A stretch of DNA of 64,000 nt from Chitinophagaceae bacterium (GTDB taxonomy: Bacteria; Bacteroidota; Bacteroidia; Chitinophagales; Chitinophagaceae), in the NCBI GenBank assembly GCA_036675745.1, contig JAKFEJ010000002.1:959-64958 (forward strand), in the 5' to 3' direction. Positions 1 to 10,535 of this stretch are shown here, piece after piece. The position numbers and the translations under genes were made by a program. Every line of letters starts with the position of its first letter. Within the stretch, counting starts at the first letter, position 1. Below the pieces are notes generated by a model that saw only the letters and a program-made list of their open reading frames with translations, ran no database searches and had not been told where the DNA came from.

Positions 1-1579
1 TAGTATAATTCTGGTTCAGATAGTTTACAAGCTGTTGTGTGGTCATTGAATTTTTAAGCGTTTCCCACTCATTTTCCGAAACTTTCAATGTAATTGTATA
101 CCCATGGCGCCTGGTTCCGTTTAACAGGCTTTCAAATAACCTGTGTCTTCTAAGATCCCAGAAGCGCTTACCTTCAAATGCCAATTCAATCTTCCTTTCT
201 TGCAAAATGGCTTCCCGCAATTGATCCTTACTCATACCAGCATCGAGGCCATACATCTCATTGACGCCAGCATCAATACCCGCACGAGCCCTGATCGTTT
301 TTAATTGGCTGTAGGCTTCTTCCGTATTACCGGTCTCATTAGCCGCTTCAGCAAAATTCAACAATACTTCTGCAAAGCGAAGTTCTATCCAATCGGTGCT
401 GCTATTAAAAGCATCAATGGAACTTTGGGTTGTATCTACTGCTTTTCGCATATAGAAACCGGTGATGGTAGGACTATTCTGCTCACTGCCAACATACGTC
501 CACTGTATACGTCCGGATTGAGGGCCGGAGAGGCCTAATCCCCATATAGCCCCATTATAAACTATTGTTTGTGCGAAACGCGGATCCCTGTTCTTCCAAT
601 AATAATCGGGATCATACTGATAAGTTGAATTGGGATCATTGATAGAACGCCCATCCTTCATTGGAAAAGCATTCACTATTTCCAATGCCGGCCGGTTGCC
701 ACCAGTTGCACCCTGCGATAAATCCAATGGACGTGTGGACGCCGACCAATTATGTTTACTTTCTGAATTGAGTGACGAATACTGGTACCGTTTTACAAAA
801 ATGACTTCCTTATTCATTTCATTGAACCATAAATTGGAAAAGCTGGAGTTGAGTCCAAAACCCTGGGATTCCAGCATTTCTTTTGCAGCTTTATTTGCCT
901 CGTATGCAGCCTGCCATCGTCCGCTTGCATTTTGGTTCGGATCAAACTGGGGACTGGCATAGTATAATAATGCACGTCCTTTTACTGCAAGTGCGGTTCC
1001 GTTATGAACATGACCATCATTCGCTCCTGAAGCTGCAGTAATAACGGGCAAATAAGCAATTGCACTGTCCAGGTCAGTAACAATTTGCTGCATACAGGCC
1101 GATGTAGTGCTTCTCCCTACGAAAAGGTCTTCTTTTAAATAATCCTGGGGATGCAAAATCAGTGGTACTCCTCCATATCGCCTGACCATTTCAAAATATT
1201 GCCAGGCCCTGAAGAAAAAGGCTTCACCTTTTAGCTTTTTTTTGCTGTTCCCGTCAAGTGTTCCTTTATCAATATTGTCTAAGAGAACATTAATATCCCT
1301 GATATCATCATAAGGCCAGTAGTTAACAGAATTTTCAGTCAACTGACCATACATAAAGCTACCACCGCCGTCTGATTCTTCGGAATAATCAGCCCATTCT
1401 GTACTCCAACCGGGCAGGCATCGTGCATATATTCTGTTCACATATGCCGTTGATAAATCAAGGTCATTCCACACGTCTTTTTCGTTTACCGCACTCAGAT
1501 CTTTTTTATCGAGGATCTTTGTACAACTACACATCATATAGCAAAAAGCAAACAGGTATATTATTTTAAATAGTTTCAT
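1..1579 (-). CDS. RagB/SusD family nutrient-uptake lipoprotein (3' end runs off the window)
   Basis: Not in the ORF track. The reverse strand from the ATG at 1579 reads MKLFKIIYLFAFCYMMCSCTKILDKKDLSAVNEKDVWNDLDLSTAYV (lipobox Cys), later GEAFFFRAWQYFEMVRRYGGVP and ERKIELAFEGKRFWDLRR. Lies directly downstream of SusC. Confidence 0.93.
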   Translation of the reverse strand, partial: MKLFKIIYLFAFCYMMCSCTKILDKKDLSAVNEKDVWNDLDLSTAYVNRIYARCLPGWSTEWADYSEESDGGGSFMYGQLTENSVNYWPYDDIRDINVLLDNIDKGTLDGNSKKKLKGEAFFFRAWQYFEMVRRYGGVPLILHPQDYLKEDLFVGRSTTSACMQQIVTDLDSAIAYLPVITAASGANDGHVHNGTALAVKGRALLYYASPQFDPNQNASGRWQAAYEANKAAKEMLESQGFGLNSSFSNLWFNEMNKEVIFVKRYQYSSLNSESKHNWSASTRPLDLSQGATGGNRPALEIVNAFPMKDGRSINDPNSTYQYDPDYYWKNRDPRFAQTIVYNGAIWGLGLSGPQSGRIQWTYVGSEQNSPTITGFYMRKAVDTTQSSIDAFNSSTDWIELRFAEVLLNFAEAANETGNTEEAYSQLKTIRARAGIDAGVNEMYGLDAGMSKDQLREAILQERKIELAFEGKRFWDLRRHRLFESLLNGTRRHGYTITLKVSENEWETLKNSMTTQQLVNYLNQNYT

Positions 1580-1598
1580 GCTTTCAAAATTTTAATTC

Positions 1599-4500
1599 TT
1601 ATAAACTGATATTTAAGCCAAATGAATAAGCTTTCATCATTGGATAAGCCGTGATGCTATTCATTTCAGGGTCATAAATTTTATTCCCATTATAAATCAT
1701 TAGTAAGTTGGAACCTGTAAAAAACACCCTGGCATTTTTAATATTGATGCGGCTTGTCATTTTCTGTGGCAGCGCATAAGAGACAGTAAGATTTTTTAAA
1801 CGCAAAAAAGAATTATCTACCAAAAAGAAGGAAGAAGCGTCATAACGGGTGCGATAGCCTGTGACCCGGTATCCCGGGTATTTCCCATCCGGGTTTTCAG
1901 GCGACCAGCTATCAGCCCAGTAACGAAAAGAAGCTTCTTCGGCTCTTGCCTGGATATCCCTGCCTGCTGTAGGAAGCATGGCGTTCGCTCCTGCCACTCC
2001 CTGGAAAAGAACATCAATGCTCAATGATCTCCAGGCGCCCCCAAGAGACAGACCAAAATTCATTGGGGGGTCGTCATACTTTGCAATATAATCCTGGTCA
2101 TCAGAAGTAATTTTTCCATCCGGTGTATCTGTATTGACACCGCGAAGATCTTTATAGTTCAACATTCCCAATTGCGGCTTAACTCCTAAAATGGTATAGC
2201 CCGCGGGCAGTGCATCCAGGTCCTTCTGTGAACGAAGAATACCAACAGCAGTGTATCCAAAGATTCGCCCCGTGTTGTGATTGAGCTGTGACCGGTAGCC
2301 CCGGATATTCTCGGCTTCGTCTATCGTGATAACCTTGTTGGTAGCAAAACCAAAATTGGCTCTTGCATAATAACTAACCTGATTTTGGGAATTGCCGGTT
2401 TTACTATTATATCCTAATTCAATTTCAAAACCTTTTGCATCAATTTCCTGGTAATTCTCATCAGGCAAGTCGGCTCCCAGCGTACTGGGAGTACTTAATT
2501 GTTTGGAACCAAGAATATCATATGTATGACGGTAAAACAGATCCAGTTTAAAACTCATCCGATCTTTCCAGAAACGGCCATCAAGACCGGCATTGTAGTT
2601 AAGCGATTTTTCCCATGTTATAATCTTATTAGCAAGAACGCCCTGCTGAAGGCCAAGCGCTGGCTGCCCAAAAATAGCTCCGTTAACAATGTTATAGGAC
2701 TGCAGCCATTGAAAATCGCCTACATCATCATTGCCAAGTAAACCCACAGAGGCCCGCAATTTAAGATCGTTTATAAATTGAATATTCTTAAAGAATGATT
2801 CATCAGAAATTCGCCATCCGGCAGATACGGAAGGAAAGAATCCCCAACGATGGCCTGGTGCAAAAATTACTGAGCCATCATAACGAAAAGAAGCTTCAAG
2901 CAGATACTTCTGAGCATAGTTATAACTGGCCAATCCGACATAAGATATTCTTGCAGACTGATTCTGGCGGCCATCTACTGTTGAGTTAACTGTGCTTCCT
3001 GCGATATACTGATCTATAGAAGAAGAAATAAAATTATCACGCCTTCCGCTAAACCAGGTATTATCTTCTTCAGCCTGTTCATATACCAACAAGGCATCCA
3101 GGTTATGTTTTCCAAAACTATGTTTGTAGTTAAGCTGGGCATTAAATTGATACCTTTTTGATTTGTCTTCCCGTGACAATAAAAATTCATCCGCAGCACG
3201 GGGCCGTATACCTGTAGCCTGGTCGCCCACTATATGATTATGACCACCAGTAGTATTAAACAATGTCATGTTATAAGGAAGATTGAATTGCTTGGTATAG
3301 AGATTACGATTATACCTGTTGATGGAAGCCTTGGCGCTTAATCCTTTTATAAACGGAATAGAATAATTCAAGGTTACAGTGGTATTGAGCCCGTTCCATT
3401 TTCTTTTGTTATATCCCGCTAAATCAGGTTGAACAACTACACCAGGATGCCATTCCACCCAATTGCCAACGGGCAAACCATTTACAAAAGGTGGCACCAT
3501 GGCAGATCTGAATAAAAGCGCTTTGTACAGGTCTTCCTGCCGCCAGTTAGTAACCTGCAAGCTTGGGCCATTAGTACTTCGTTCATCGGTATTTATATCG
3601 AGTGAAACTTTAAGATCCTTTGTTACAGAAACATCTACATTTCCCCGCAAGTTGAATTTTTGATAACTCAGGTCATTAAAAGAACCGGTAGCATAATTAT
3701 AAGATCCGCCAAGAAAATATTTTACATTTTTGGTTCCGCCACTTACATCTAATGTATGCTGGGTGGTCATGGGATCTTTCCACATCTGATCAACCCAATT
3801 CCATGAATTAGTTTTAAAATATTCCAGTTCATCAGCGGTATAATACCTGGCATCTGTTTCAGGAACATTCGTATAATGTAATTTATGATTAATAGCGGAA
3901 GCATGCTCAAACGCATTCAGTGTTTCAGGAATTTTAGTTGCCTTCTGAAACCCAAATATTCCGTTGTAAGAAAGCTTGGGAATTCCTACCTTACCTCTCC
4001 TGGTAGAAACCAGCACAACACCGTTCGCAGCCCGCGATCCATATATAGCAGCGGAGGCCCCGTCTTTCAATATCGTCACGCTTTCAACTTCATTCGGGCT
4101 TAACCCGTCGAATGCGAACTTATCACTTACTATACCATCAATGACATACAATGGATCTGCATTATTAAATGTTCCCTGTGCACGGATCCTGATTGATGAT
4201 TCCATTCCTGGTGTACCTGCTGATTGAGATATGGTTACACCGGACAACCTGCCGGCTAATGAGTTGGAAAGATTATCATAGGGTGCATCTTTAAGTTCAG
4301 TACCATTTACTGATGCAACTGAGCCTGTAATCGTACCCCTTGTTTGCGTACGATACCCTACTACGATTACATCATCAAGTTGTTTCAGATCAGCTTCCAA
4401 CGTAACATTAATCAGGGTTTGATTATTTACCGGGATCTTCTTTCGTACATATCCCGTATATGAAAAAATCAGCGTAGCGTTTCCGGGAACCTCGATTAAA

Positions 4501-4784
4501 TAATTACCATCAGCAGCTGTCATTATAATTTTAGAGGGCGACCCTTCTACTTCAACGGTGACGCCAATAAGAGGCGTTTCACCGTCAGTGACTTTACCTT
4601 TCACAATTATATCCGCTACCTCTTTTATAAAACCTTCTGACAACCCAGAAGTAACTTTCAACTTCGTTACTAAACTGTCAGCAGGATTTGCCAAAAGCAA
4701 TGGTGGAGCCGCAAAGATTAACGGGATTAATAACACAGGTAATTTCATTTGCGTAGCAATGAGGGTTGTAAAATTCTTTAGCAT
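1599..4784 (-). CDS. SusC/RagA TonB-dependent outer membrane transporter (PUL1)
   Basis: LKDGASAAIYGSRAANGVVLVST plug motif, EASFRYDGS, ITWEKS. The ATG at 4784 (MLKNFTT) is more plausible than the track's TTG start at 4874. Confidence 0.95.
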   Translation of the reverse strand: MLKNFTTLIATQMKLPVLLIPLIFAAPPLLLANPADSLVTKLKVTSGLSEGFIKEVADIIVKGKVTDGETPLIGVTVEVEGSPSKIIMTAADGNYLIEVPGNATLIFSYTGYVRKKIPVNNQTLINVTLEADLKQLDDVIVVGYRTQTRGTITGSVASVNGTELKDAPYDNLSNSLAGRLSGVTISQSAGTPGMESSIRIRAQGTFNNADPLYVIDGIVSDKFAFDGLSPNEVESVTILKDGASAAIYGSRAANGVVLVSTRRGKVGIPKLSYNGIFGFQKATKIPETLNAFEHASAINHKLHYTNVPETDARYYTADELEYFKTNSWNWVDQMWKDPMTTQHTLDVSGGTKNVKYFLGGSYNYATGSFNDLSYQKFNLRGNVDVSVTKDLKVSLDINTDERSTNGPSLQVTNWRQEDLYKALLFRSAMVPPFVNGLPVGNWVEWHPGVVVQPDLAGYNKRKWNGLNTTVTLNYSIPFIKGLSAKASINRYNRNLYTKQFNLPYNMTLFNTTGGHNHIVGDQATGIRPRAADEFLLSREDKSKRYQFNAQLNYKHSFGKHNLDALLVYEQAEEDNTWFSGRRDNFISSSIDQYIAGSTVNSTVDGRQNQSARISYVGLASYNYAQKYLLEASFRYDGSVIFAPGHRWGFFPSVSAGWRISDESFFKNIQFINDLKLRASVGLLGNDDVGDFQWLQSYNIVNGAIFGQPALGLQQGVLANKIITWEKSLNYNAGLDGRFWKDRMSFKLDLFYRHTYDILGSKQLSTPSTLGADLPDENYQEIDAKGFEIELGYNSKTGNSQNQVSYYARANFGFATNKVITIDEAENIRGYRSQLNHNTGRIFGYTAVGILRSQKDLDALPAGYTILGVKPQLGMLNYKDLRGVNTDTPDGKITSDDQDYIAKYDDPPMNFGLSLGGAWRSLSIDVLFQGVAGANAMLPTAGRDIQARAEEASFRYWADSWSPENPDGKYPGYRVTGYRTRYDASSFFLVDNSFLRLKNLTVSYALPQKMTSRINIKNARVFFTGSNLLMIYNGNKIYDPEMNSITAYPMMKAYSFGLNISL

Positions 4785-5114
4785 AATTGTTAGTTTATTA
4801 ATTAGCTTTTTAAAAGAACCAGATGAGAGTGGATAACAAGAGGAAACCAGTAATTGTAAAGACCACATCAACAACCGTTACTCTGTTATTCTCTTAATTG
4901 ATCCTCTGGAAAGTATATGAATTGCTAATTCTCATTATTTATATCCGGCAATGCAAGGGCTTAACCTTTTTAATAACTAAAATTTGCCTGCTGATCTTTT
5001 TTTAGTATAATTGATTTGATCGCTGGTGCAAATAAGGAACTATTCGCCCCCGGTGAGTTTTATGAATTAACTAATCATTCATTTATTTTGGCAGAAATTT
5101 CTTCTCATTTTCAC

Positions 5115-5142
5115 AAAAAAGGGTAGCCGAAGCCACCCTTTT
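5115..5142 (-). terminator. Rho-independent terminator with UUCG tetraloop
   Basis: Minus strand reads AAAAGGGTGGC-TTCG-GCTACCC-TTTTTT, about 50 nt after the stop of 5191..7140. Confidence 0.8.
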
Positions 5143-5190
5143 GTTTACAACTAACTACATGAATATTTGCCAACCATTATTTGTGCTGTC

Positions 5191-7140
5191 CTATTGCTTT
5201 ATGATGATCCTGACAATAATATCTGTTCCATCTGATATATATAAATAATAGAATCCGTTACGTGATTGTGCCAGGTCAAAATCTATTTCATACTTTTTGT
5301 TACTCTTTTGAAGAACAGATGAAACTACAGGCGTTCCCTTATCATCATAAATTATAAATGTATAATCCTTATCCTGTTTACTTTCCAACTTTACTTTTAA
5401 CTGGCCCTGTGTTGGATTGGGATATACTTTAATTTTTATTCCGTCTTTTTTTACATCATCGGCAAATACAAGAACCGCTTGCATTACATTTTCAGCTGGC
5501 AAATAATTTCCATCACCCGGTTGTTCTGCCTGTACGATTATATTTCCTTCGCCGGTGAAGGAAAGCGTATTTCCTGTAATACTACCCGAACCTGAAATTA
5601 TTGTAAACGTTATCGGCAATCCTGCTGAAGAAACTGCGGCAAGTTCAACTGTTTCATTTTTATTTTTTGGAGAAACGGAAGTAAAAGAAATTGTTTGAGA
5701 TGCTTTGTTAACAACAAAAGATTGTTCGGCCGAAGCAGGAAAATAATTTTCATCACCTGCCTGACTTGCTTTTACTATAACAGTTCCCGCCCCGGTTATT
5801 GTCAATACCTCATCATTAAGTATTGCAGGTCCTGAAACTATTTCAAACCCGACCGGCAGTTCTGAATCGGAACTTGCGTTTAATTCAAACGGTTCGTCGC
5901 CAAATGTTTTATCCGGAATTTCGCTGAATGAGATGGACTGTTGTTTTGTTTGATAAAGTTCCCACTCTGCGAATTGTGTATTGTTATTATTGCCGTTCGA
6001 TGTAATGTTTAGCCGGTAGAAAACAAAGGGCTGCTGGTTATTAATAAGAAAGGCCCTTGTAAGGAATCTGGTGGGGAAATCTTCTCCTGTACGGCGGTCA
6101 AGTGTTGTCCAGGTGGAGCCATTGTCTGACCCAAGCAGCGTCCAGTCTTTAGGATCACGTTCTTCCACATCGTTGGCGGAAGTAATCGCATACCTTGTTA
6201 CTACTGCTGGAGTTGTTGATTTGTATTGAACCCACAATGCTTTTTTTCCATTCTGATAGTATTTCGTGTTGATATTATTGTCTATTAATTTAGGATAATT
6301 TTCGTCAGGTCTGTTGCTGTTGTACTGAGAACTTAAAAAGCCGCCATTATCTGTTATATCAAATGGATTGCCTGCAGGCGGTGGTGGCGGAACAGTACCC
6401 GGCGCATAACCATCCCTGAAGAACCTTGCCCGTCGCCATTTCACGATAGCTTCATCAGTGCGCAACGTTCCGTAGTTGCCATATTTGTGATAATTGGTTA
6501 CGGCTTCATTGTCTTCGATCTCAGCCATTTTCACATCATCAATATAAATCTGGATCTTGTTACCAACGTCGTCCTGCAAATGAATAACGTTGACTTTTAC
6601 TTCTTTGCCATACACGTTTGTCGCTAATGTTTTACCAGCACCCGTCATAGAACCACCATCAGCAGCATAGCCGCGTATCATCATTTGTGTAGCGCCGGAA
6701 ACGCTTCCAAATATCTGCATCAGGCTTTCATCATTCAAAGGAGCATAAAATGTAACATAACCTTCAAACTGGCGGCTACCAGTCGAGTATTCGTTTTGAA
6801 GCCTGATCTCTGACCGGTTGGTCCTGTTATCAAACAGGCGGAAGGTTTCTGTGTCATTATTACTGTCGTAACTGTAATCAGCACAGACAGGGCTGCATAC
6901 AGATTTGTAAGAAGTCCAGTTGTAGGTTTGCAAACCCGCTTCGTTATCAAGATGAATTTTTTTGGTGGGTGAGTACTCCGCCCATCCACTGCCAAGTTGA
7001 GCATGCGTAACTGATCCTGTAATAAACATCAATAGTATACATAACACCTGATACATACGTATTGAATCAGGCCTGGCAAAATTCTGAAAAATCGTTTTGT
7101 GTGTAAATAATTTTTTCATCGGCATTTTTTTGAATGCCAA
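5191..7140 (-). CDS. T9SS-secreted multidomain protein: PL7-like (alginate_lyase2-like) domain, discoidin/F5-8C domain, two Ig-like repeats, T9SS CTD
   Basis: RSEIR / QIFG / YHKYGNY resemble the PL7 RxELR / QIH / YFKxGxY motifs. YAITSANDVEERDPKDWTLLGSD indicates a discoidin domain. Two Q(S/T)ISF repeats follow, then VYPNP...GFYYLYI. The true start is probably a later ATG. Confidence 0.7.
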   Translation of the reverse strand: MAFKKMPMKKLFTHKTIFQNFARPDSIRMYQVLCILLMFITGSVTHAQLGSGWAEYSPTKKIHLDNEAGLQTYNWTSYKSVCSPVCADYSYDSNNDTETFRLFDNRTNRSEIRLQNEYSTGSRQFEGYVTFYAPLNDESLMQIFGSVSGATQMMIRGYAADGGSMTGAGKTLATNVYGKEVKVNVIHLQDDVGNKIQIYIDDVKMAEIEDNEAVTNYHKYGNYGTLRTDEAIVKWRRARFFRDGYAPGTVPPPPPAGNPFDITDNGGFLSSQYNSNRPDENYPKLIDNNINTKYYQNGKKALWVQYKSTTPAVVTRYAITSANDVEERDPKDWTLLGSDNGSTWTTLDRRTGEDFPTRFLTRAFLINNQQPFVFYRLNITSNGNNNNTQFAEWELYQTKQQSISFSEIPDKTFGDEPFELNASSDSELPVGFEIVSGPAILNDEVLTITGAGTVIVKASQAGDENYFPASAEQSFVVNKASQTISFTSVSPKNKNETVELAAVSSAGLPITFTIISGSGSITGNTLSFTGEGNIIVQAEQPGDGNYLPAENVMQAVLVFADDVKKDGIKIKVYPNPTQGQLKVKLESKQDKDYTFIIYDDKGTPVVSSVLQKSNKKYEIDFDLAQSRNGFYYLYISDGTDIIVRIIIKQ

Positions 7141-7291
7141 CTAACTCATTATTTTCTGATAATACTTTTGGTTGATTTGCTTTTTATTAAAGGATATTAC
7201 CATAGCCGTTATTAAACTCGATTTTCGTTAGTAATTTTCCGCGATTCATTTAACGGGTTTTCATATAATCATCGGAAATAAGAAGGATTAT

Positions 7292-7798
7292 TTATCTGAA
7301 ATTTCTCGCCCCGGGAAAAATTTTATCCTGGCTGGCTTCACGTACCTGTGTATTCTGAGGGGCAGTAAGATGCCACAGCAATTTTGAAAGATCGTAACAA
7401 GCACTTACAATCACATGTATCACCTCACCTTCCCGCTGCGGTTTACCTTCCACCATAATCAGTCGCGATTGTAAAATTGGTTTCCGGTACTCGTCAAACA
7501 GGTTTTGAAAAATGACAAGATTAGCAACCCCTGTTTCATCTTCGATAGTCATAAAGCAAACTCCTTTAGCTGTGCCAGGCCGTTGCCTGACCAAAACAAG
7601 ACCGGCTACCTTCACAGACTGACCATTGATGGCGTTAGTCAATTCACTGGTTGACCAAATATGCAACTGCTGAAGTGTTGAGCGAACAAAACTCACCGGG
7701 TGTGCTTTGAGTGAAAGCGAAGTAGCTGCATAATCACGAACAACGTGTTCGGACATACTCATTTCAGGTAATGAAACATTTCCCAGATCAGCATCGAA
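7292..7798 (-). pseudogene. dnaE2: C-terminal (OB-fold) remnant of error-prone DNA polymerase DnaE2
   Basis: VSLPEMSMSEHVVRDY...LSLKAHP...VAGLVLVRQRPGTAKGVCFMTIEDETG...RNFR. Only about 165 codons of a protein that is normally over 1000 aa; no imuA/imuB nearby. Confidence 0.85.
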
Positions 7799-8256
7799 CG
7801 GTCAATTTTCTTATTCGTTTTTCTGCTTTCATATCGTTTGCCATCGCCCAAAGCTTTTCATTTTAGGTATTGAATAATCGAAACTTGAAATTACTTGTGT
7901 TGATGTCTTTTAGCCTTATAAAATGGAGTTGATGTTTTGTGAAAAAGGAATGATCAAAAACCAATGTTTAAGACGAATAAAGTTGAGTGGGAGCCATGGG
8001 CGACAAGGATAAATCTGATTTATTTTATAAGCAAAAAAAAGGACTGGTAATATGATACAGCCAGTACAGAAGTTGCACGATCATCTGCATCGTCGGTGAA
8101 ATTGTATAGCTGCCCCTTGAAATCCAGATCACAGATTCGGGTTGTTGATACAGTTGTTCTAATTACTTAGCTTAAATTTCATTATCTTATCAAAGGATAC
8201 ACCATGAGTCATTAAAAACTTATATCTTTTAATTACAATTATATTAATTTCAAATA

Positions 8257-8823
8257 TTGATTGCACATTGTTCATATACCGATATAGAGTTAACTGCACT
8301 TTTACGGCAAGGTAGCGAAGCCTCATTTACCGAAATATTCAACCGTTACTGGAATAAATTATATTTTATCGCACACAAGCATTTAAAGTCACCGCAGGCG
8401 GCCGAGGAAGTAGTGCAGGATGTATTTATGACCCTATGGCAAAAAAGGGAAACACTCTCTATTCGTTCTTTGCCATTGTACCTGGCAGCTATGACCCGCT
8501 ACGCTGTTTACCGTAACCTGGCCTGGCAACAGAAATACAGCAAAACTGAAATAAACACATTAAAAGCAGAGCCTTCCACCACCGGAGAACTGGAAGCTAT
8601 GGACAATAAACTGCTATTGGAAATAATCGAAAAATTATCTAATAATCTGCCTGAAAAATGCCGGATGGTTTTTATTCAAAATAAATTGCTGGATATACCG
8701 CTGCACCAGGTCGCCGATACATTAAATATTTCTCCCAAGACCGCAGAAGCCCATCTTACAAAAGCGTTGAAATCTGTACGCACCAATCTTGGAGATGCGT
8801 TCTCTGTTTTTTTTATTCTCTGA
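8257..8823 (+). CDS. ECF RNA polymerase sigma-70 factor (FecI-like, PUL-associated)
   Basis: AEEVVQDVFMTLW (region 2) and LPEKCRMVF...ISPKTAEAHLTKALK (region 4); followed by FecR. Confidence 0.93.
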   Translation: MIAHCSYTDIELTALLRQGSEASFTEIFNRYWNKLYFIAHKHLKSPQAAEEVVQDVFMTLWQKRETLSIRSLPLYLAAMTRYAVYRNLAWQQKYSKTEINTLKAEPSTTGELEAMDNKLLLEIIEKLSNNLPEKCRMVFIQNKLLDIPLHQVADTLNISPKTAEAHLTKALKSVRTNLGDAFSVFFIL

Positions 8824-9042
8824 TTGACTTACCTGTCTATTTTTAAAAAACTTATCAAAATAACGTCGCCTTATGATGTCTTAATGCATAGCCGGGCACA
8901 TTTATTTAAATATAAAAATTAAAAAAACAGAGAGTGCTTTAATTTGGCTTATAACCTGTAGAAAATATTTTTTAAATACACTAAGGGTATTTCTGTTGTA
9001 TTTGACTCTATGTAAAGAACGGACCACACAATATTAAATTCA

Positions 9043-10212
9043 ATGCAAAAGGATAAATTAAAACAACTGGCAACTGCTTATTTACTGGGAGCTGCCACGG
9101 AAGAAGAAAAACAGGAATTGCATAAGTGGTACGATGAGACAATGGACCAGGAAGAAGAGAGGGTTATTCTTGATACGGGGGAAACGCAGGAGGAGATCAG
9201 GCAAAGGATTTTAACCACACTCCTGCAAAACGCCGCTATATCAAAGCGAGCGGAGCCAGCAAAAGTTTTTTCTGTATTTAAACAGTACCGGATGCGTATC
9301 GCTGCAGCCTGCCTTGTTATAATAATAGGCGCCGCCACCTGGTTGCTTTTACAACGTTCTTCGCAGGCACACCAAGCTGGCGATCATTCAGCAGTAGTTA
9401 CTACCAATAATGATGTATTGCCCGGAAAAAATAAGGCCTTGCTTACACTCGGCAACGGAGACAAGATAGTGTTGGATAGCGCGGCTTTCGGTAAACTTGC
9501 ACAACAAGGTAATACTGCGGTTTTAAATGAAAACGGACAGCTTGTATATACTGGCGGCAAGCAGGAAGGAAGCCAGCCCATTTATAACACGCTTGCTACA
9601 GCCCGTGGTGAAATATACCCGCTTATTCTTTCAGACGGAAGTAAAGTGTGGTTGAATGCAGCATCTTCCATTCATTTCCCTGTGGCTTTTACAGGTAAAA
9701 AGAGAATCGTTGAAATAACCGGTGAAGTATATTTTGAAGTAGCTAAAAATAAAACAATGCCTTTTATTGTCCGTGTAAACGGCGCTGAAATACAGGTAGT
9801 AGGAACACAATTCAATGTAATGGCTTATAACGATGAAGCTACGGTCAATACTACATTGTTGGAGGGTTCAGTAAAGCTTGAGAAAAATGGCAACAGCATT
9901 TTCCTTAAACCAGGAGAGCAATCGCAGCTTGGCTTGAACGGGAAAATTAATGTAGTAAATGATGTTAATATTAAGAAAGTAATGGCATGGAAGAACGGTT
10001 TTTTTGATTTTGAAGGATCGGATTTTGAAACTGTTGCAAAACAATTATCACGTTGGTATGATGTGGAAGTGAAATATGACCGGAAATTTAATGAACAATT
10101 TTATGCGGAAATTCCAAGGAATACAAAACTATCCGTTGTCTTGAAAGCGCTGGAGCTAACGGGTAAAGTACATTTTAAAATAGAAGGTAGAAATATCATT
10201 GTGATACCTTAG
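9043..10212 (+). CDS. FecR family anti-sigma factor
   Basis: One TM helix, LSDGSKVWLNAASSIHFP, GEVYFEV, VGTQFNV, AWKNGFFDF. Confidence 0.93.
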   Translation: MQKDKLKQLATAYLLGAATEEEKQELHKWYDETMDQEEERVILDTGETQEEIRQRILTTLLQNAAISKRAEPAKVFSVFKQYRMRIAAACLVIIIGAATWLLLQRSSQAHQAGDHSAVVTTNNDVLPGKNKALLTLGNGDKIVLDSAAFGKLAQQGNTAVLNENGQLVYTGGKQEGSQPIYNTLATARGEIYPLILSDGSKVWLNAASSIHFPVAFTGKKRIVEITGEVYFEVAKNKTMPFIVRVNGAEIQVVGTQFNVMAYNDEATVNTTLLEGSVKLEKNGNSIFLKPGEQSQLGLNGKINVVNDVNIKKVMAWKNGFFDFEGSDFETVAKQLSRWYDVEVKYDRKFNEQFYAEIPRNTKLSVVLKALELTGKVHFKIEGRNIIVIP

Positions 10213-10426
10213 AAGAGCCACTTTTTAAGGCATTTGTTAGTAGCATTCAAGTCTGTTGCAGTGTATTTCTTCAGCAACAGGTAAAAGCATCGCTGCTTTC
10301 ATGCCGTCATATAAAAATGCATAGGCAATCATATTATTAATCCCATAAAAAAAAGGAGGAAACATCAAGTTCTTCATGATTGACCGGCTGTTGTTACACA
10401 ATAGCAAATGTTGATATCATATTTAC

Positions 10427-10462
10427 AAAAAAAACCGGATCCCGCTGGCAGGCGTGACCCGG
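10427..10462 (-). terminator. Hairpin with terminator polarity on the strand antisense to susC (susC leader)
   Basis: The + strand reads A8-CCGGATCCCGC-TGGCAG-GCGTGACCCGG, so the minus strand has a GC-rich stem followed by T8. Confidence 0.5.
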
Positions 10463-10535
10463 AAATTAGTTCAAGCTAATTTAATTGTAAACGTTCTAAC
10501 GGTTTTTACTAAACAACTTAAACAACAACAAAAGT

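Noticed and set aside
39-962. Short + strand ORFs at the window start
   Set aside because: They are antisense shadows of the partial susD gene on the minus strand.
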